Source of the DNA: Mytilus californianus
Taxonomy: Eukaryota
Assembly: GCF_021869535.1 (NCBI RefSeq)
Contig: NW_026262734.1
Location: 100,254,001-100,318,000 of the forward strand
Reading direction: 5' to 3'
DNA: 64,000 nt
Below are positions 62,591 to 64,000 of the stretch, piece by piece. The notes beneath the pieces were generated by a model. That model worked only from the letters and a program-made list of their open reading frames with translations. It was not told where the DNA came from and searched no databases. The first letter of the stretch is position 1, and each line of letters begins with the position of its first letter. A program made the position numbers and the translations under genes.

Positions 62591-63944
62591 AACCGTTTGA
62601 AAGTGGGTTTCTGGAAAGTTATGCACAATAATGTATGGTTTCATATTAAAACAGGTTCGGTGGAATCTCATAAACATATAAGTATAATAGTCCCAGTACT
62701 TATATACTCTCTTAAATTCTAATATTATGTCACGTATGAAAAATAGGTCAAGATTGATTTTGACCTTTCCATTTCTGAAGCCTACAAAAATTCAGTTATT
62801 GTTTTTAATCGATCCTGTTTCATGTGTTTGGGGGTCCAGATTTGTAAATCATTTTCGTGCAGGAAAATCCGGTTTTCTGTCAATCTGACAGCCTCTTGTC
62901 GTTATTGTGACGTTTTCAATGGAATGCAAGGGGAAAATATTACCCAGGGAAAAAGCCACAAGAAAAAAGGGCCACCGTAAACAAGGATTTATTTGTATAG
63001 TGAATATAAAAATACAAATCCTTGCAATAACACAACTAATTTGATAAATTAAATTTTTAAATGTGTTTTTTTTTTTACAGATTTTCAGTATGATTTAATA
63101 AAATGTTTCATTCCACTGTATGTAAATATTGATAGCGAAATCAACATTTGATTGGTTTAGACGATCCCAAGTGACATTGGACAAAAATTCCCCTCTCAGT
63201 ACATCATATTCCGGGAATCCCCTCAAAAATGTCGGGACTATTTCGTGCGACCGGTTACGCGCGGTTAATGTACATAACGTTTAATAGTCATTATTGTGTT
63301 CAAAACTATTTTAGATGTAAAAAAAAAAAGTGGAAAAATTGAACTTGTCATAGAATAAATGATTAACTTTTGGTTGGTATTGCCTATCAATGTTTATATT
63401 CATGCCTCTTGCGACGTTACGCCGCGTTTAATGTACAAACGTTTTGAACGTTTTTCAGAATAGCGATAGTATGATTTTTGTGTTCAAAACTGTTTCATAT
63501 ATAAAAGATTCATAAAACAAAATAGAGAAAAAAATGAATATGATGAACTTGTCATAGAATAAATTATTACCTTTGATTGGTATTGCTTATCAATGTTTAT
63601 GTAAAAGCGGATAAAAAAAATGTATGGAAACTAATACTTTATGTTCATGAAGTTATTAAAAGTATAGACAGTTGAATAAAACATGTATTTCCCTTGGCTT
63701 AGGGAAATAAGAAGATTTGTTATCGGGCGATACCCTCGGGTTCGAAATATGATTTTCTTGGGTGAACAAATCTTCATGTATCTCTCTCAGACACGGGAAA
63801 TAAATGTATAAACTAGTACTAGTATTTCATTTCTTTTCTCTTTTCATGTTAAAAGTTAAAAGTTAAATTATTGGGAAATAGGCTATGTTTTTTTTCAAAT
63901 ATCAACAAGTTTGTATCATTCAGAGAAATAGAAGAGGGGCCTGA

Positions 63945-63964
63945 GGGGGGGGGGGGGGGGGGGG
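63945..63964. repeat. Poly-G tract
   Basis: G20. Confidence 0.95.
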
Positions 63965-64000
63965 TCTCATCACGATTCACGAGTTGATTTTTTTGTCAAT

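Overview
AT-rich, repeat-dense eukaryotic genomic DNA. The repeat families and gene types look like a mytilid mussel (Mytilus-like); this is an inference, not a database match. Host genes are all on the minus strand. (1) The 5' part of a spliced ankyrin-repeat gene that the ORF track misses: ATG exon 10210-10240, 18-nt microexon 9872-9889 and a 90-nt ANK exon 2471-2560, with a probable first exon/promoter near 18186-18530. (2) Two paralogous single-coding-exon RING-less TRIM-like genes (B-box, B-box, coiled coil, beta-propeller) at 41084-42740 and 50270-51935, inside a roughly 5-kb duplicated block and each disrupted in the propeller region. The rest is mostly mobile DNA: many Penelope-like (Naiad-type) reverse-transcriptase fragments, L2/CR1-group LINE fragments, tRNA-derived SINEs, a hammerhead-ribozyme retrozyme-like repeat, a CACTA element, a foldback element, several MITEs, 43-bp and 22-bp tandem arrays, and a 1.48-kb tandem duplication. 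No CRISPR, rRNA or intact tRNA gene was seen. Coordinates of degenerate repeats are approximate (about +/-20 bp). All alignments were done by eye.
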